Part shown: positions 28,436 through 38,504 of the stretch, one piece after another
How the letters are laid out: each line of letters begins with the position of its first letter
Position numbering within the stretch: the stretch's first letter is position 1
Source of the DNA: Gammaproteobacteria bacterium
Lineage (GTDB): Bacteria > Pseudomonadota > Gammaproteobacteria > UBA4575
Direction: 5' to 3'
Length of the DNA stretch: 64,000 nucleotides
Assembly: GCA_965222615.1 (NCBI GenBank)
Contig: CBDCUI010000008.1
Span: 1 to 64,000, forward strand
Program-made: the position numbers and the translations under genes
The notes under the pieces: generated by a model
Database searches by the model: none
Told to the model about the DNA's origin: nothing
The model's input: only the letters and a program-made list of their open reading frames with translations

Positions 28436-29676
28436 TGCATCGACTAATATTTATCATAGTATTTTGTTTGTTTTGTCAAACGCATAGTTTTGCACAAGAG
28501 AGTTCTGCGCAAGAGACTGATAAGAAAATAACGGATACTTCTGCTGAACAGTGGATTATTGTAATGCGAGACCCACGTTCACAACGCAGGAAACAGCGTG
28601 CAGCAGGAATTGGCTATATATCTAAAGGCACCTACGATGCAGACCCAAAGCTTGATCGCGTGTCGCGCCAACTGGCAGAGCAATATCAATTTAATATTGT
28701 TACCCAATGGCCGATCAAAAACCTTAATGTACATTGTTTGGTCGCCACGTTCCCGCGCGGTGATATTAAGACATTACTCAAAAAAATTAATGCGGATGCA
28801 CGAGTTGAATCCGTTCAGGCGATGAATACTTTCGAACTTCTTGGTCAGCCTGATCCTTATCATAGTATGCAAGTATCATTAAAACAGCTTGCTACTACTG
28901 AAACACATAAATATGTAACGGGTTTGGGGATATCTGTTGCGATTGTTGATTCGGGCATCGACACCAAGCATCCTGATCTAAATGGTGTAGTTGTTTGGCA
29001 GGAAAACTTAGTTGATGAGCAAAAATTATTAGCTGAACGTCATGGAACAGGGATAGCCGGAGTAATTGCTGCACGTTCAAATAATGGTATTGGTATCGCA
29101 GGAGTTGCGCCCGATGTGTCGGTGTACGGCTTACGCGCTTGTTGGCAAAACGATTCAGATTCTTCAAAAGCACGTTGTAATACTCTCACCCTTTCAAGGG
29201 CCTTAGATCGTGTCGTTGAAGAAAAGCCTGTAATTCTAAATTTAAGCCTCACTGGTCCTGATGACCCATTGTTACAGCGCTTGTTGTCACGAATCATTGA
29301 ACAAAAAACTATTGTAGTAAGCGCATATGATGAGAGGCGAGAGACTGAAAATAGGTTTCCACAATCACAAAAAGGAGTGTTTTACGGACAAAACGGTAAC
29401 CAATATATAAATGGCCAAGAAATGAATTGTTTGCCTGCTCCTGCCAGTGACATCCTAACCTTACAACCACGTCGTACTTATGATGTATTAACCGGTAATT
29501 CTTTAGCTGCTGCACACATAAGTGGCGCGATCGCTTTATTATTAGAAGCAAACCCAAATCTACAAGTGAATGAATTGGAAAAACTATTGCAAGCGAGTGT
29601 GGTGCAAAACGCTAATTCCACAAGCATTAATATTTGCAATGCATTGCACTTGATTAACAATCAAGTTAGTTGTTAA
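28435..29676 (+). CDS. exported S8 (subtilisin-like) serine protease
   Basis: Signal peptide, IVDSG, HGTGIAG, NLSL, GNSLAAAH catalytic triad. Confidence 0.92.
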   Translation: MHRLIFIIVFCLFCQTHSFAQESSAQETDKKITDTSAEQWIIVMRDPRSQRRKQRAAGIGYISKGTYDADPKLDRVSRQLAEQYQFNIVTQWPIKNLNVHCLVATFPRGDIKTLLKKINADARVESVQAMNTFELLGQPDPYHSMQVSLKQLATTETHKYVTGLGISVAIVDSGIDTKHPDLNGVVVWQENLVDEQKLLAERHGTGIAGVIAARSNNGIGIAGVAPDVSVYGLRACWQNDSDSSKARCNTLTLSRALDRVVEEKPVILNLSLTGPDDPLLQRLLSRIIEQKTIVVSAYDERRETENRFPQSQKGVFYGQNGNQYINGQEMNCLPAPASDILTLQPRRTYDVLTGNSLAAAHISGAIALLLEANPNLQVNELEKLLQASVVQNANSTSINICNALHLINNQVSC

Positions 29677-29687
29677 TAACCGCTAGT

Positions 29688-30419
29688 CTAATAAATTAAC
29701 CAGGTCAGTGTTGCCACAAAGCCATCTCTAAGTTGTGGCCGTTTAAATGCAGCGTTGGGTTCTGCGTTATTAGTTTTGTAAAAAACTTCAAAGCTAAGGC
29801 GATCAAATCGATAGCCTCCACCTAAAGTTATATACTCATAGGAATCTAAACCTCTACCATCAAGACGAACACTGCTACCTTCAACTCGCGCAAAAATATT
29901 GTCAGAAAAGTCGTGTATATAATTTCCAACTATGCCTAAGCTGTTCGCTTCATCGAGTCCATAATAATCAATTGCGCCAGTTAAAGATAATGCAAGATTT
30001 TGCGAAAAGTGAACGTCAAATTGTAATACGGAATAATCCCATTTAATGGCAAAGTCTCCCGGATAAGATCGATGCAGTAGTGTAACTGCATATTGAGTGC
30101 TGGCTTCATCTCCCCAATGAGTTCCTACGTATACTGTGTAATTTTCCGACCTATTTGGCGGTCGTGAATCAGTTGCGCGGTAGCCATTGATACCTACATA
30201 AAAGTGTTCACCAAGTTCTAAATCCAAAGATAATGCAGCACCTGGGTGTCCGTGTGCTTCAGATATGCCTAAATGCTGAGGTTCAGAAAATATACTACCT
30301 GAGATAGTTAAGGAATCTAAGATTCCTGACTCCGCATGTATAGGTAGAGTTACACAAACAGAAAAGAATCCGAAAACTGGAAGTATTAGTAAATCTTTAA
30401 TAAATCCAACCTTATACAT
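29688..30419 (-). CDS. putative outer-membrane beta-barrel protein
   Basis: Signal peptide, alternating amphipathic strands, terminal aromatic residue. Confidence 0.6.
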   Translation of the reverse strand: MYKVGFIKDLLILPVFGFFSVCVTLPIHAESGILDSLTISGSIFSEPQHLGISEAHGHPGAALSLDLELGEHFYVGINGYRATDSRPPNRSENYTVYVGTHWGDEASTQYAVTLLHRSYPGDFAIKWDYSVLQFDVHFSQNLALSLTGAIDYYGLDEANSLGIVGNYIHDFSDNIFARVEGSSVRLDGRGLDSYEYITLGGGYRFDRLSFEVFYKTNNAEPNAAFKRPQLRDGFVATLTWLIY

Positions 30420-30557
30420 TATTATAATTCTATTTATATTATGTGCTTAAAATAATAAAGGATTATACCACCCTGGGCTAGATTGAATAAAAATAAATTA
30501 TGCTCCTCCTTAAAGTCATGAAGATCCAATTAAGTGTATATAACTTGTTTAATGTAG

Positions 30558-31133
30558 TTAACTCTGTGGGCGAAATTGAACCCGTCTATTTATTTCATTA
30601 TGAGGACTTTTGGCATCATAAAGCTCTGTTTCACCTTTGCCAGTAATCATCATTCTCTCAGGTGCAACACCAAAGTGGATTCCAAGATAATTTTTAATAG
30701 CTTGTGCTCTGCGTTGCGATAAGAGTAAATTGTAGTCACTATCTCCAATCGCATCAGTATGTCCTTCAATAATTATTTTCTTTTGCCCAACACTTTTTAA
30801 ATTCATCATTTGGCCAACTGAGTCTAGTAGAGGATATGAGTGTGGTAGAATTTTAGTGGAGTCAAATTCAAAATTGATTAACATTGCAAACAAGTTTTCC
30901 GCTTTCTGTTGTGCCGTGTCTTTATTAGTAACGATTGCTCGGTAACGGGGTTTATAAAGCTTATCGGCAATTTCCTGAGGCGAGGGTGCTTTAGTATAAA
31001 TATCGTCTTTGGATAAATCTTGTGCATCGAGCATAGCTGCACAGACGAGTAATAATGAACTAACCATAAGCTTATATATGTTATTTCTAGTGATCGAGAT
31101 GGTCTCTAGATATTTTGATCTAATTATTTGCAT
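30558..31133 (-). CDS. OmpA-family peptidoglycan-binding protein
   Basis: INFEFDS, IEGHTDA.G...YN..LSQRRA, NRRVQF. Confidence 0.92.
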   Translation of the reverse strand: MQIIRSKYLETISITRNNIYKLMVSSLLLVCAAMLDAQDLSKDDIYTKAPSPQEIADKLYKPRYRAIVTNKDTAQQKAENLFAMLINFEFDSTKILPHSYPLLDSVGQMMNLKSVGQKKIIIEGHTDAIGDSDYNLLLSQRRAQAIKNYLGIHFGVAPERMMITGKGETELYDAKSPHNEINRRVQFRPQS

Positions 31134-31170
31134 ACCTTAATTCTCCTTGTTTGGTTTTGCTGCACTCTTA

Positions 31171-31197
31171 TGGTGTGATCTGCTGTTTAATAGGTTC
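31171..31197 (-). promoter_or_regulatory. candidate ECF promoter GAACC-N16-ACACCA
   Basis: Same motif and spacing as 33431-33457. Upstream of the OmpA gene. Confidence 0.4.
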
Positions 31198-31285
31198 TGT
31201 AAGTTAAGTAATTTAATAAATATTGCGACTAAATGTTAAATCACGGCAGATATGCATATTTAAGTGGCTTAAAAAAAGTGAAATA

Positions 31286-32590
31286 TTATTTTTTTCGCAT
31301 AAATATAAAATCACCGCCTTCATGTCCTGCTTTTCTTATGTCGGCATATTCTGGTGTTTGATCTGCATTAAGCATTACAAAACGACGTACTGAAGCAAAT
31401 ATTTGTGAGGCCTCAAGAACACTTTGATTTTTGATCAATGCATCGATAAACGCCTTAGTGAAAACTGAATGATTGCCTCCACCAGAATCAAGCACGGGTT
31501 CGAGACCGCCAGATGTCATTACGGTGCGTGACTTCTTTTTCGCAATATGCTGTAGCCACTTAAATTGGCTAGGGTTTGGGGAATGTAAAGGGATATGTGC
31601 ACTTCTTGTCAACGTACCTGAGTAACATGAATCTGCCACCACTAGAACGTGTTTAGCAGACATGCCATTAAGCATGTCAGTAATGTCATTAGTCGATACC
31701 CAATTTGCATAGTTATCTTCTTCTGCATCAACAGGAAGCCAGTAGCCACGTTGAATATCTTCATCAAGATGACCGTGGCCGGCATAGTATATAAGCAAAT
31801 TATCTTCACTATTTAATTGTTTGCGGAGTTGTGAAAGCTGTCGGAAAATTTCGTAGCGACTAGCATTATTTAACTCAGTCACTTTAAACTCATATTTATT
31901 TTTGAGTACTCCTGCTACAGCTTTTGCGTCAAATACAGCAGTTTCAAGTTTCGGAAAATGCTTATAGTGATTATTACCGATAACCAAAGCATGAAAATCA
32001 CCAATCTCAATATCGTTAAATGCATTCAGTGTAATATTATTTGGAACCGATTTTTCTTCGATCTCAAAAGGCTTATTTATTTCTACAGCTGGACAAGTAG
32101 TTTTCTCTACTGAATTTGTATAGGTGCTTTTAGCTATCTCAAGTGGATGTCTTTCTTTACCTAAACGTTTACATGCATCTTTTCCTTCGTTACTACGCAA
32201 AGTTTGACACTTAATTTCATCAAGTTTGCGTAAATTCACCGAGCTGAATTTTTTATGTTGTTGATGGTTAAAACTTTTTAAACTATTAGTTTCTTGTAAG
32301 TCGCTTTTGGCTAGGCCTAATCGGTATAATAATCCACGATGATTTGGATTATAAGTAAGTGCCGCCTGGTACAAATTTATAGCATCATGTATACGATGAT
32401 CTTTTAGTAAAATATCTGCTAATTGAGTAATTTGGTTTAAATCATTTTGGTGTTGTTCAGCATACTCACGTCCAAATTTTAATGCAGCATCACTATTAGG
32501 CGCATAATTTTTCCATTCTTCAAGTTCTACCGCTAATCCAATAGATATCAATTGGGAACAGAGCAGAATTGGAAATATTAAGTGTTTCAT
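31286..32590 (-). CDS. caspase-family (peptidase C14) protein with signal peptide and TPR-like segment
   Basis: ALVIGNNHY, YYAGHG, ADSCYSG dyad, HSVFT, GGDFIF. Hydrophobic N-terminus. Confidence 0.9.
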   Translation of the reverse strand: MKHLIFPILLCSQLISIGLAVELEEWKNYAPNSDAALKFGREYAEQHQNDLNQITQLADILLKDHRIHDAINLYQAALTYNPNHRGLLYRLGLAKSDLQETNSLKSFNHQQHKKFSSVNLRKLDEIKCQTLRSNEGKDACKRLGKERHPLEIAKSTYTNSVEKTTCPAVEINKPFEIEEKSVPNNITLNAFNDIEIGDFHALVIGNNHYKHFPKLETAVFDAKAVAGVLKNKYEFKVTELNNASRYEIFRQLSQLRKQLNSEDNLLIYYAGHGHLDEDIQRGYWLPVDAEEDNYANWVSTNDITDMLNGMSAKHVLVVADSCYSGTLTRSAHIPLHSPNPSQFKWLQHIAKKKSRTVMTSGGLEPVLDSGGGNHSVFTKAFIDALIKNQSVLEASQIFASVRRFVMLNADQTPEYADIRKAGHEGGDFIFMRKK

Positions 32591-32601
32591 AAAAGTAGTA
32601 T

Positions 32602-33399
32602 TTAGTGATAGAAACTTAAACGTTTTCTACTATTGCTGGCATTAAACTTATATTCCCAGTTTCCATTTGGTAAGCGTACTAAACCTAAAAGATATTTTTT
32701 CCCCACAGGTTGGTATGCAGGTACTTCGTTACGCAATCCCTTAGAAATGATTTTACGTAATTGCAGCAGTCCAATTTCATCCGGGGACAAGTCAATTTTG
32801 CCGTCGTGGTTGTAGTCTTCACCATTGAGTACAGAATAGAGAGTGCGCTGTAATTGCCTAAGCAATTCAGTTTGTTCAGGGCCAGAAACCTGTTGAACAA
32901 GTTGAGTTATTTCTACCGCGAGCTTCATTTTGCTAGATACATATACTTGTGAATCGTTAAATTTGGCCACCATATCCTTTAAATTATCACTTGCATCTTT
33001 GGATTGTGCGGCATACAACATATGATTTGTTGCTTCGTCTAGTGAGCGAATTGCTCCATAATTCAATCCGGTCCCTTTTAGTTGTAATTTTGGATCCAGT
33101 GCATGTAATGTATTTGATAAATGTTCACGTATTTCAGGTTTAGACTCATTTGATTTAAGCGCTTTTGTAATTTCGTTTAAAACTATTTGTATCTCTTTTT
33201 CCGCGACAATAAATAAACCTTGTTCACCTGGTGTTCCACGCCATGCAGTTAATGCATGTCCAATATGGGCATGAGAAATAAGTGGTAATTTTTGTGAAAT
33301 TAGTGGCTTATTTGCACAACTTGCTATTAATGGAATAAAAATGCAGAAAAAAATGTATTTTTTTCTTAAACAAAATTGAACCATGCCTATCCCCTGCAT
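32602..33399 (-). CDS. hypothetical lipoprotein
   Basis: Lipobox-like LIASC, SHAHIGH motif, DYNHDGKID EF-hand-like loop. Confidence 0.7.
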   Translation of the reverse strand: MQGIGMVQFCLRKKYIFFCIFIPLIASCANKPLISQKLPLISHAHIGHALTAWRGTPGEQGLFIVAEKEIQIVLNEITKALKSNESKPEIREHLSNTLHALDPKLQLKGTGLNYGAIRSLDEATNHMLYAAQSKDASDNLKDMVAKFNDSQVYVSSKMKLAVEITQLVQQVSGPEQTELLRQLQRTLYSVLNGEDYNHDGKIDLSPDEIGLLQLRKIISKGLRNEVPAYQPVGKKYLLGLVRLPNGNWEYKFNASNSRKRLSFYH

Positions 33400-33430
33400 G
33401 TGTAGTAATCAAAGCACAACTTGTAACAGG

Positions 33431-33457
33431 TAGTGCACTTAATACGAGTGTAGGTTC
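33431..33457 (-). promoter_or_regulatory. candidate ECF promoter GAACC-N16-GCACTA
   Basis: Same motif and spacing as 31171-31197. Upstream of the lipoprotein-caspase genes. Confidence 0.4.
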
Positions 33458-33510
33458 AAAAAAATTGTCTAGTCTTGCAGACTAATTTCGATTGCGGACA
33501 ATAGTAAAAG

Positions 33511-34470
33511 TTAGCTAAGTGATCCTGAGCAGCTGCTACCTTGGCCGGCAGTACAACCATAACAGTGATCTCCAACAGTAATCTCATTTGATTCTAGATC
33601 GATGTTAATAAGCTCTGATAGATGAGGACGAAATTTATTCTTATAAAGAAGTGGAAGCCTGAGCATTTGGTTGAAGTCACAGTCGTATACATATCCTTGC
33701 CAATCTACACTGAGTAAAGAACGACACATAACAGACTGAAGGTTTTTTGCAAAATAAGAATCACGTAATAATTGCATATACTGATTAAACTTTCCTTGAC
33801 TGATCAAGGTACTGCCAAATCTTTGAATTGGCATATTAGTGATAGTGATTAGATGATCAAAACTTACATCGTATTGGTTCAAATACTCACGATAATCTTT
33901 TTCCAATGATTCTTGAGGGGGTGGTAAATGCGGGTCTTGGGGGTTGTATACTAATGTAAGTTTTAAATTCTTATCATTACTTCCATAGCCTAAAGAGTTT
34001 AATTTTTTTAGCGCTCGTATGCTTTTTTCAAATGCACCTTTACCTCTTTGTTTGTCTACATTCTCTTCGAGATAACAGGGTAGTGAGGCAACTATTTCTA
34101 CACTCTGCGTAGCTAGAAATTCAGCTAAACCTTCATTTTCGGGTTCTTCAAGAATAGTAAGGTTACAGCGATCAATTACATGTCTCGATTGTTGCCGAGT
34201 AATTTTTACCAGTTCTTTAAACTGTGGATGTAGTTCGGGTGCGCCACCGGTGATATCTAAAGTTCGAATATCTTGGATCTGTAAATATTCGATAATGGTT
34301 TTAATCGTCTTTGGTGCCATCATTTCAGTGCGGTTTGGACCCGCATTGACATGGCAGTGCACACAAGATTGGTTGCATCGATAACCGAGATTAACTTGTA
34401 AAGTTTCGATTTTTCCACGTTGAATGTTTGGAAAATCGGTTTTTTCTAATAAATGAAGTGTTTCATGCAT
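33511..34470 (-). CDS. arsS: ArsS-like radical SAM / Cys-rich domain protein
   Basis: CNQSCVHC, DITGGAPE, ASLPCY, YDCDFNQML, HCYGCTAGQGSSC. Confidence 0.88.
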   Translation of the reverse strand: MHETLHLLEKTDFPNIQRGKIETLQVNLGYRCNQSCVHCHVNAGPNRTEMMAPKTIKTIIEYLQIQDIRTLDITGGAPELHPQFKELVKITRQQSRHVIDRCNLTILEEPENEGLAEFLATQSVEIVASLPCYLEENVDKQRGKGAFEKSIRALKKLNSLGYGSNDKNLKLTLVYNPQDPHLPPPQESLEKDYREYLNQYDVSFDHLITITNMPIQRFGSTLISQGKFNQYMQLLRDSYFAKNLQSVMCRSLLSVDWQGYVYDCDFNQMLRLPLLYKNKFRPHLSELINIDLESNEITVGDHCYGCTAGQGSSCSGSLS

Positions 34471-34492
34471 GCTATTTGTTCATTTATATGAT

Positions 34493-36622
34493 TCAGTTGC
34501 GCATAAAAGAGTGAAATTTTTTCACCCAGTTTAATAATTTTTCTGGTGCATGAGCTTTTTTCCATTCGCCTGCGACAAATTTATTTGCCTCAGCTAGTGT
34601 TGGATAAATATGTATCGTGGTAAGTATCTTGTTTAGACCTAAGTCATGTTTCATTGCGGACACGTATTCAGAAATGATATCCCCTGCGTGATCACCCACT
34701 ATTGTGACGCCAAGGATCTTATCTTTTCCTGGTGGAGTAATTATTTTTACCATGCCCTGTGCTTCTTCATCGACAATAGCTCGATCTAAATCAGAAATGT
34801 CATAATGAGTTACTTCATATTCTATGTTTTCTTTTTGTGTATCTTCTTCATTTATGCCAACGCGAGCAACTTCTGGTTCTGTAAAAGTGCACCATGGTAT
34901 TACAGAGTAATCGACTGGAAATTTTTTAAACATTCCGAATAAAGCATTAACACTTGCATACCAGGCTTGATGCGCTGCAGTATGTGTAAACTCATACGGC
35001 CCTGCAACATCTCCACATGCATAGATATTTGGGTAATTTGTTTGTAGGTATTCATTTACCTCTAGCTTGCCGTTATTTTGCAAGTCAATATTCAGCTTTT
35101 CATCCCAAATACCTTTTGTATTGGCGCGTCTTCCCACTGCAACTAATAAACAATCGAATTCAACATGGATATTTCCTGTTTCATGAGTGCATACTAAGGT
35201 ATTTTTGTTTCCATTGTTTACTACTTGAGATGCGGTATGACCAACCAGTAGATCGATTCCATCTTGCTTTAAACTTTCTTCCACCATGGCAGAGATTTCT
35301 TCATCTTCACGGATCAAGATTCGTGATACCATTTCTACAAGTGTTACCTTAGATCCAAAGCGCGCAAAACACTGTGCAAGTTCACAACCAATCGGACCGC
35401 CACCTAATACCACCATTTGTTGAGGAAGTTTGTCTAAGTCCCAAATGGTATCCGAAGTGTAATACCCTGCTTTATCCAATCCAGGGATATTGGGCACCAA
35501 GGGACTTGCGCCAGTAGCAATAATGATATTTTTAGTGGTGAGGGATTTTCCATTTACTACCACTGTCCATGGATCTTTAATTTTGGCTTCACCTTGTATA
35601 CATTCAACGCCTAAATCTGTGTAGCGTTCTACCGAATCATGTGGTTCAATTTTTTTAATCACGCGTTGTATGCGTTGCATAATATTTTTAAAATCAAATT
35701 CAACTTCGATAGGAGTGCAGCCGTAACGGTCTGCATGTTTGGCTTGCGAAATAAATTTTGCAGAACGAATTAGCGCCTTTGAAGGAACACATCCAGTATT
35801 TAAACAATCACCACCCATTTTATGTTTTTCGATCAAAGTGACTTTGGCTTTTACTGCAGAAGCGATATAAGCCGATACTAAGCCAGCGGATCCTGCGCCA
35901 ATTACAATTAGATTGCGATCAAACTTTTTTGGTTTACTAAAGTTCGCATAAACGCGTTGTGCTTTAATAATTCCTACTAGCTTCCTTGCAATCCAAGGAA
36001 AAACCGCTAACAGAGCAAACGCAAATATAATTCCTGGGCTAAGTATCCCTTCTAATGAATTTAGAGTGGCTAACTGAGTGCCTACATTCACAAAAATGAT
36101 AGAACCGACAACCATCCCTAATAGGCTTGTCACAAAGAATGTTACTGTGCGCATAGGGGTTAAACCCATGGCTAGGTTGATAACCATAAAAGGGAAAATA
36201 GGTATTAAGCGCAGTGTAAATAAATACAGTGCGCCATCTTTTTCAATACCCCGATTAATGGCTCGTAATTTATCGCCAAAACGATTCTGTACAAAATCGC
36301 GAAAAATATAACGTGAAAACCAAAACGCAATGGTTGCACCAATGGTCGCGGCAGGAAGAACAATTAGTACACCTAAAAACAAACCAAATATTGCACCTGC
36401 AAGTATCGACAAAATTCCTGCAACGGGTAGTGATAAGGCTGCAACAGCAACGTATACAAAGAAAAATATCAGTGCAGTTTTTAACGGGTGTGAATGAAAA
36501 TAGTCTGTAATAATTTGTTGCTTTGATTTGACATAGTCGAAATCAAAATACTGTTGCAAGTCGAAAATGAAAAATCCAGCAATTAATGCTGTGACTAGCA
36601 ATAAAATCAGGATTTTTTTCAT
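34493..36622 (-). CDS. DedA/VTT membrane domain fused to pyridine nucleotide-disulfide oxidoreductase
   Basis: LRLIPIFPF (VTT) then GAGSAG, GGDCLNTGCVPSK, GGGPIG, HIYPTLAE. Confidence 0.92.
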   Translation of the reverse strand: MKKILILLLVTALIAGFFIFDLQQYFDFDYVKSKQQIITDYFHSHPLKTALIFFFVYVAVAALSLPVAGILSILAGAIFGLFLGVLIVLPAATIGATIAFWFSRYIFRDFVQNRFGDKLRAINRGIEKDGALYLFTLRLIPIFPFMVINLAMGLTPMRTVTFFVTSLLGMVVGSIIFVNVGTQLATLNSLEGILSPGIIFAFALLAVFPWIARKLVGIIKAQRVYANFSKPKKFDRNLIVIGAGSAGLVSAYIASAVKAKVTLIEKHKMGGDCLNTGCVPSKALIRSAKFISQAKHADRYGCTPIEVEFDFKNIMQRIQRVIKKIEPHDSVERYTDLGVECIQGEAKIKDPWTVVVNGKSLTTKNIIIATGASPLVPNIPGLDKAGYYTSDTIWDLDKLPQQMVVLGGGPIGCELAQCFARFGSKVTLVEMVSRILIREDEEISAMVEESLKQDGIDLLVGHTASQVVNNGNKNTLVCTHETGNIHVEFDCLLVAVGRRANTKGIWDEKLNIDLQNNGKLEVNEYLQTNYPNIYACGDVAGPYEFTHTAAHQAWYASVNALFGMFKKFPVDYSVIPWCTFTEPEVARVGINEEDTQKENIEYEVTHYDISDLDRAIVDEEAQGMVKIITPPGKDKILGVTIVGDHAGDIISEYVSAMKHDLGLNKILTTIHIYPTLAEANKFVAGEWKKAHAPEKLLNWVKKFHSFMRN

Positions 36623-36721
36623 TTTATAAAATCTAATAACAAAAAATGTGCTTAATTATTATGCAAGAGTAGAATCATACTTTAAGCTATGATTACAATA
36701 TAGATTAAGAAATTTTTTGTT

Positions 36722-37612
36722 ATGCGCTTAGCGACCTGTAAATATAATAACCAAGACTATCTTGCGATCGTCCAAGATAATACCTTGTTGATTCCGGCAA
36801 TCAGTGTCGGTTTCCCCCTTGAGCTGAATAGCATGCTACAGTTGATCGATGGTGGTGAGCAATCCTTACAGAAGCTAAATGAGATCGTGCAACAAGCACC
36901 AAGCAAGGATTGGATTCCCCTATCAGAAGTAGAGTTGTTATCCCCCATCCCTAGACCACGCCAAAATATTATGTGTTTGGGTTGGAACTATACGGAGCAT
37001 GTTGAAGAGACTACTGGCAAAACATTGGAAGCGCCAAAGCTACCTAAATATCCCATAGTCTTCACCAAAGCTGCTTCGAGTATGAATGGGCCTTTTGCAA
37101 ATATACCGGTAAATTTGGAAGTCTCAAACAAAATGGATTGGGAGGTGGAGCTGGGAGTGATCATTGGCAAAGGCGGGATAGGTATACCACGTGATCAGGC
37201 GCTAAAACATGTATTTGGTTACACTATCATTAATGATATTTCAGCACGAGATTATCAAAAACGACATAAACAGTTTTTTATCGGAAAGAGTTTTACCGGC
37301 GCGTGCCCTATGGGGCCATGGATTGTAACAACGGACGAAATTCCTAATCCTCAAGTGCTTAATCTAAAGAGTATCGTAAATGACAAAATCAAACAAAGTT
37401 CAAATACAAAATTTCAAATCTTTGATGTGCCAACTGTGATAGAGAGCTTGTCTAAGGGAATGGCGCTTGAACCTGGAGATATCATCGCAACAGGTACACC
37501 AAGTGGCGTGGGTTATGTACGTAATCCCCCTGAGTATCTAATGCCTGGGGACATTGTGGAATGTGAAATTGAATCGATTGGCAGTATTCGCAACCCAATC
37601 GTTGAAGCATGA
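36722..37612 (+). CDS. fumarylacetoacetate hydrolase family protein
   Basis: GWNYTEH, DWEVELGV, NDISARD, GKSF, TGTPSGVG. Confidence 0.92.
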   Translation: MRLATCKYNNQDYLAIVQDNTLLIPAISVGFPLELNSMLQLIDGGEQSLQKLNEIVQQAPSKDWIPLSEVELLSPIPRPRQNIMCLGWNYTEHVEETTGKTLEAPKLPKYPIVFTKAASSMNGPFANIPVNLEVSNKMDWEVELGVIIGKGGIGIPRDQALKHVFGYTIINDISARDYQKRHKQFFIGKSFTGACPMGPWIVTTDEIPNPQVLNLKSIVNDKIKQSSNTKFQIFDVPTVIESLSKGMALEPGDIIATGTPSGVGYVRNPPEYLMPGDIVECEIESIGSIRNPIVEA

Positions 37613-37617
37613 AATCA

Positions 37618-38448
37618 TTACTGCAACATAGATTGAAAAGCTTCTTGCAACCCTTCTATATATATCTGGTTTGATAATAGAAAGCCATTGCCGTGACCGC
37701 CGCGAAGTTCGATGAACTTTTTGGGTTGATTGGCATTTTCAAAGTTAGTCTTTCCGTGTGCAAATGGAATGACTTCATCATCTACGCTATGAATAACCAC
37801 TACGGGAGATGAAATATTTTTTAGTTTGTCAATCGTCTCATACTCATGTTTTACAATTAGCTCGGTAGGCATAAATGGATAATGTATTTTTGAAACTTCC
37901 GGCATAGAAGTGAAAGTTGACTCTAGGATTAACATAGCTGGGGAGAAGTCTTTAGCAATTTCAGCTGCTACTCCGCCACCTAAAGAACGTCCAACAAGAA
38001 TAATATCTTCCGACTTTAATTTTTTTTCATTACGTAAAAAATTCCAAGCTGCCTTTGCATCTAGATAGGTGCCGATTTCACTTGGACTGCCAGTACTATT
38101 GCCAAAACCGCGGTAATCAAAAATAAAGAAATTAAAACCGAGCCGGTGATATATTTGTATAGTTTCTAAACGATGTGAAATATTCCCAGCATTACCATGC
38201 ATAAATAGTATGGTTTTTTCTGCCCATGCGGTTGAAGAATTAGTAGGTATAAACCAGGCATGTATTTTTTCACTATCTTCAGTTTGTAGAAAAACTTCTT
38301 CAAAGTTTAATCCAACGTCTTGAGGTGTTGTTAATAATTCACGAGATGGCATGTGTGGCGCATAAATAAACCATGCTTGCATAAAATAGATCGCAAGCAT
38401 TGCGAGTAGATAAAACACCAATAAGGTAATAGCTATTTTAATCAACAT
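37618..38448 (-). CDS. alpha/beta hydrolase (ABHD13/Bem46-like)
   Basis: HGNAGN, DYRGFG, GRSLGG, HS..DEVIP. Confidence 0.9.
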   Translation of the reverse strand: MLIKIAITLLVFYLLAMLAIYFMQAWFIYAPHMPSRELLTTPQDVGLNFEEVFLQTEDSEKIHAWFIPTNSSTAWAEKTILFMHGNAGNISHRLETIQIYHRLGFNFFIFDYRGFGNSTGSPSEIGTYLDAKAAWNFLRNEKKLKSEDIILVGRSLGGGVAAEIAKDFSPAMLILESTFTSMPEVSKIHYPFMPTELIVKHEYETIDKLKNISSPVVVIHSVDDEVIPFAHGKTNFENANQPKKFIELRGGHGNGFLLSNQIYIEGLQEAFQSMLQ

Positions 38449-38504
38449 TTATTGAGAACTATTTATTTCACTAGACATAAACTACAACTATAATAAAAAC
38501 TAAA

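Noticed and set aside
34493-36622. Mercuric reductase merA
   Set aside because: No C-terminal Cys-Cys pair, no mer genes; has an N-terminal DedA/VTT domain instead.
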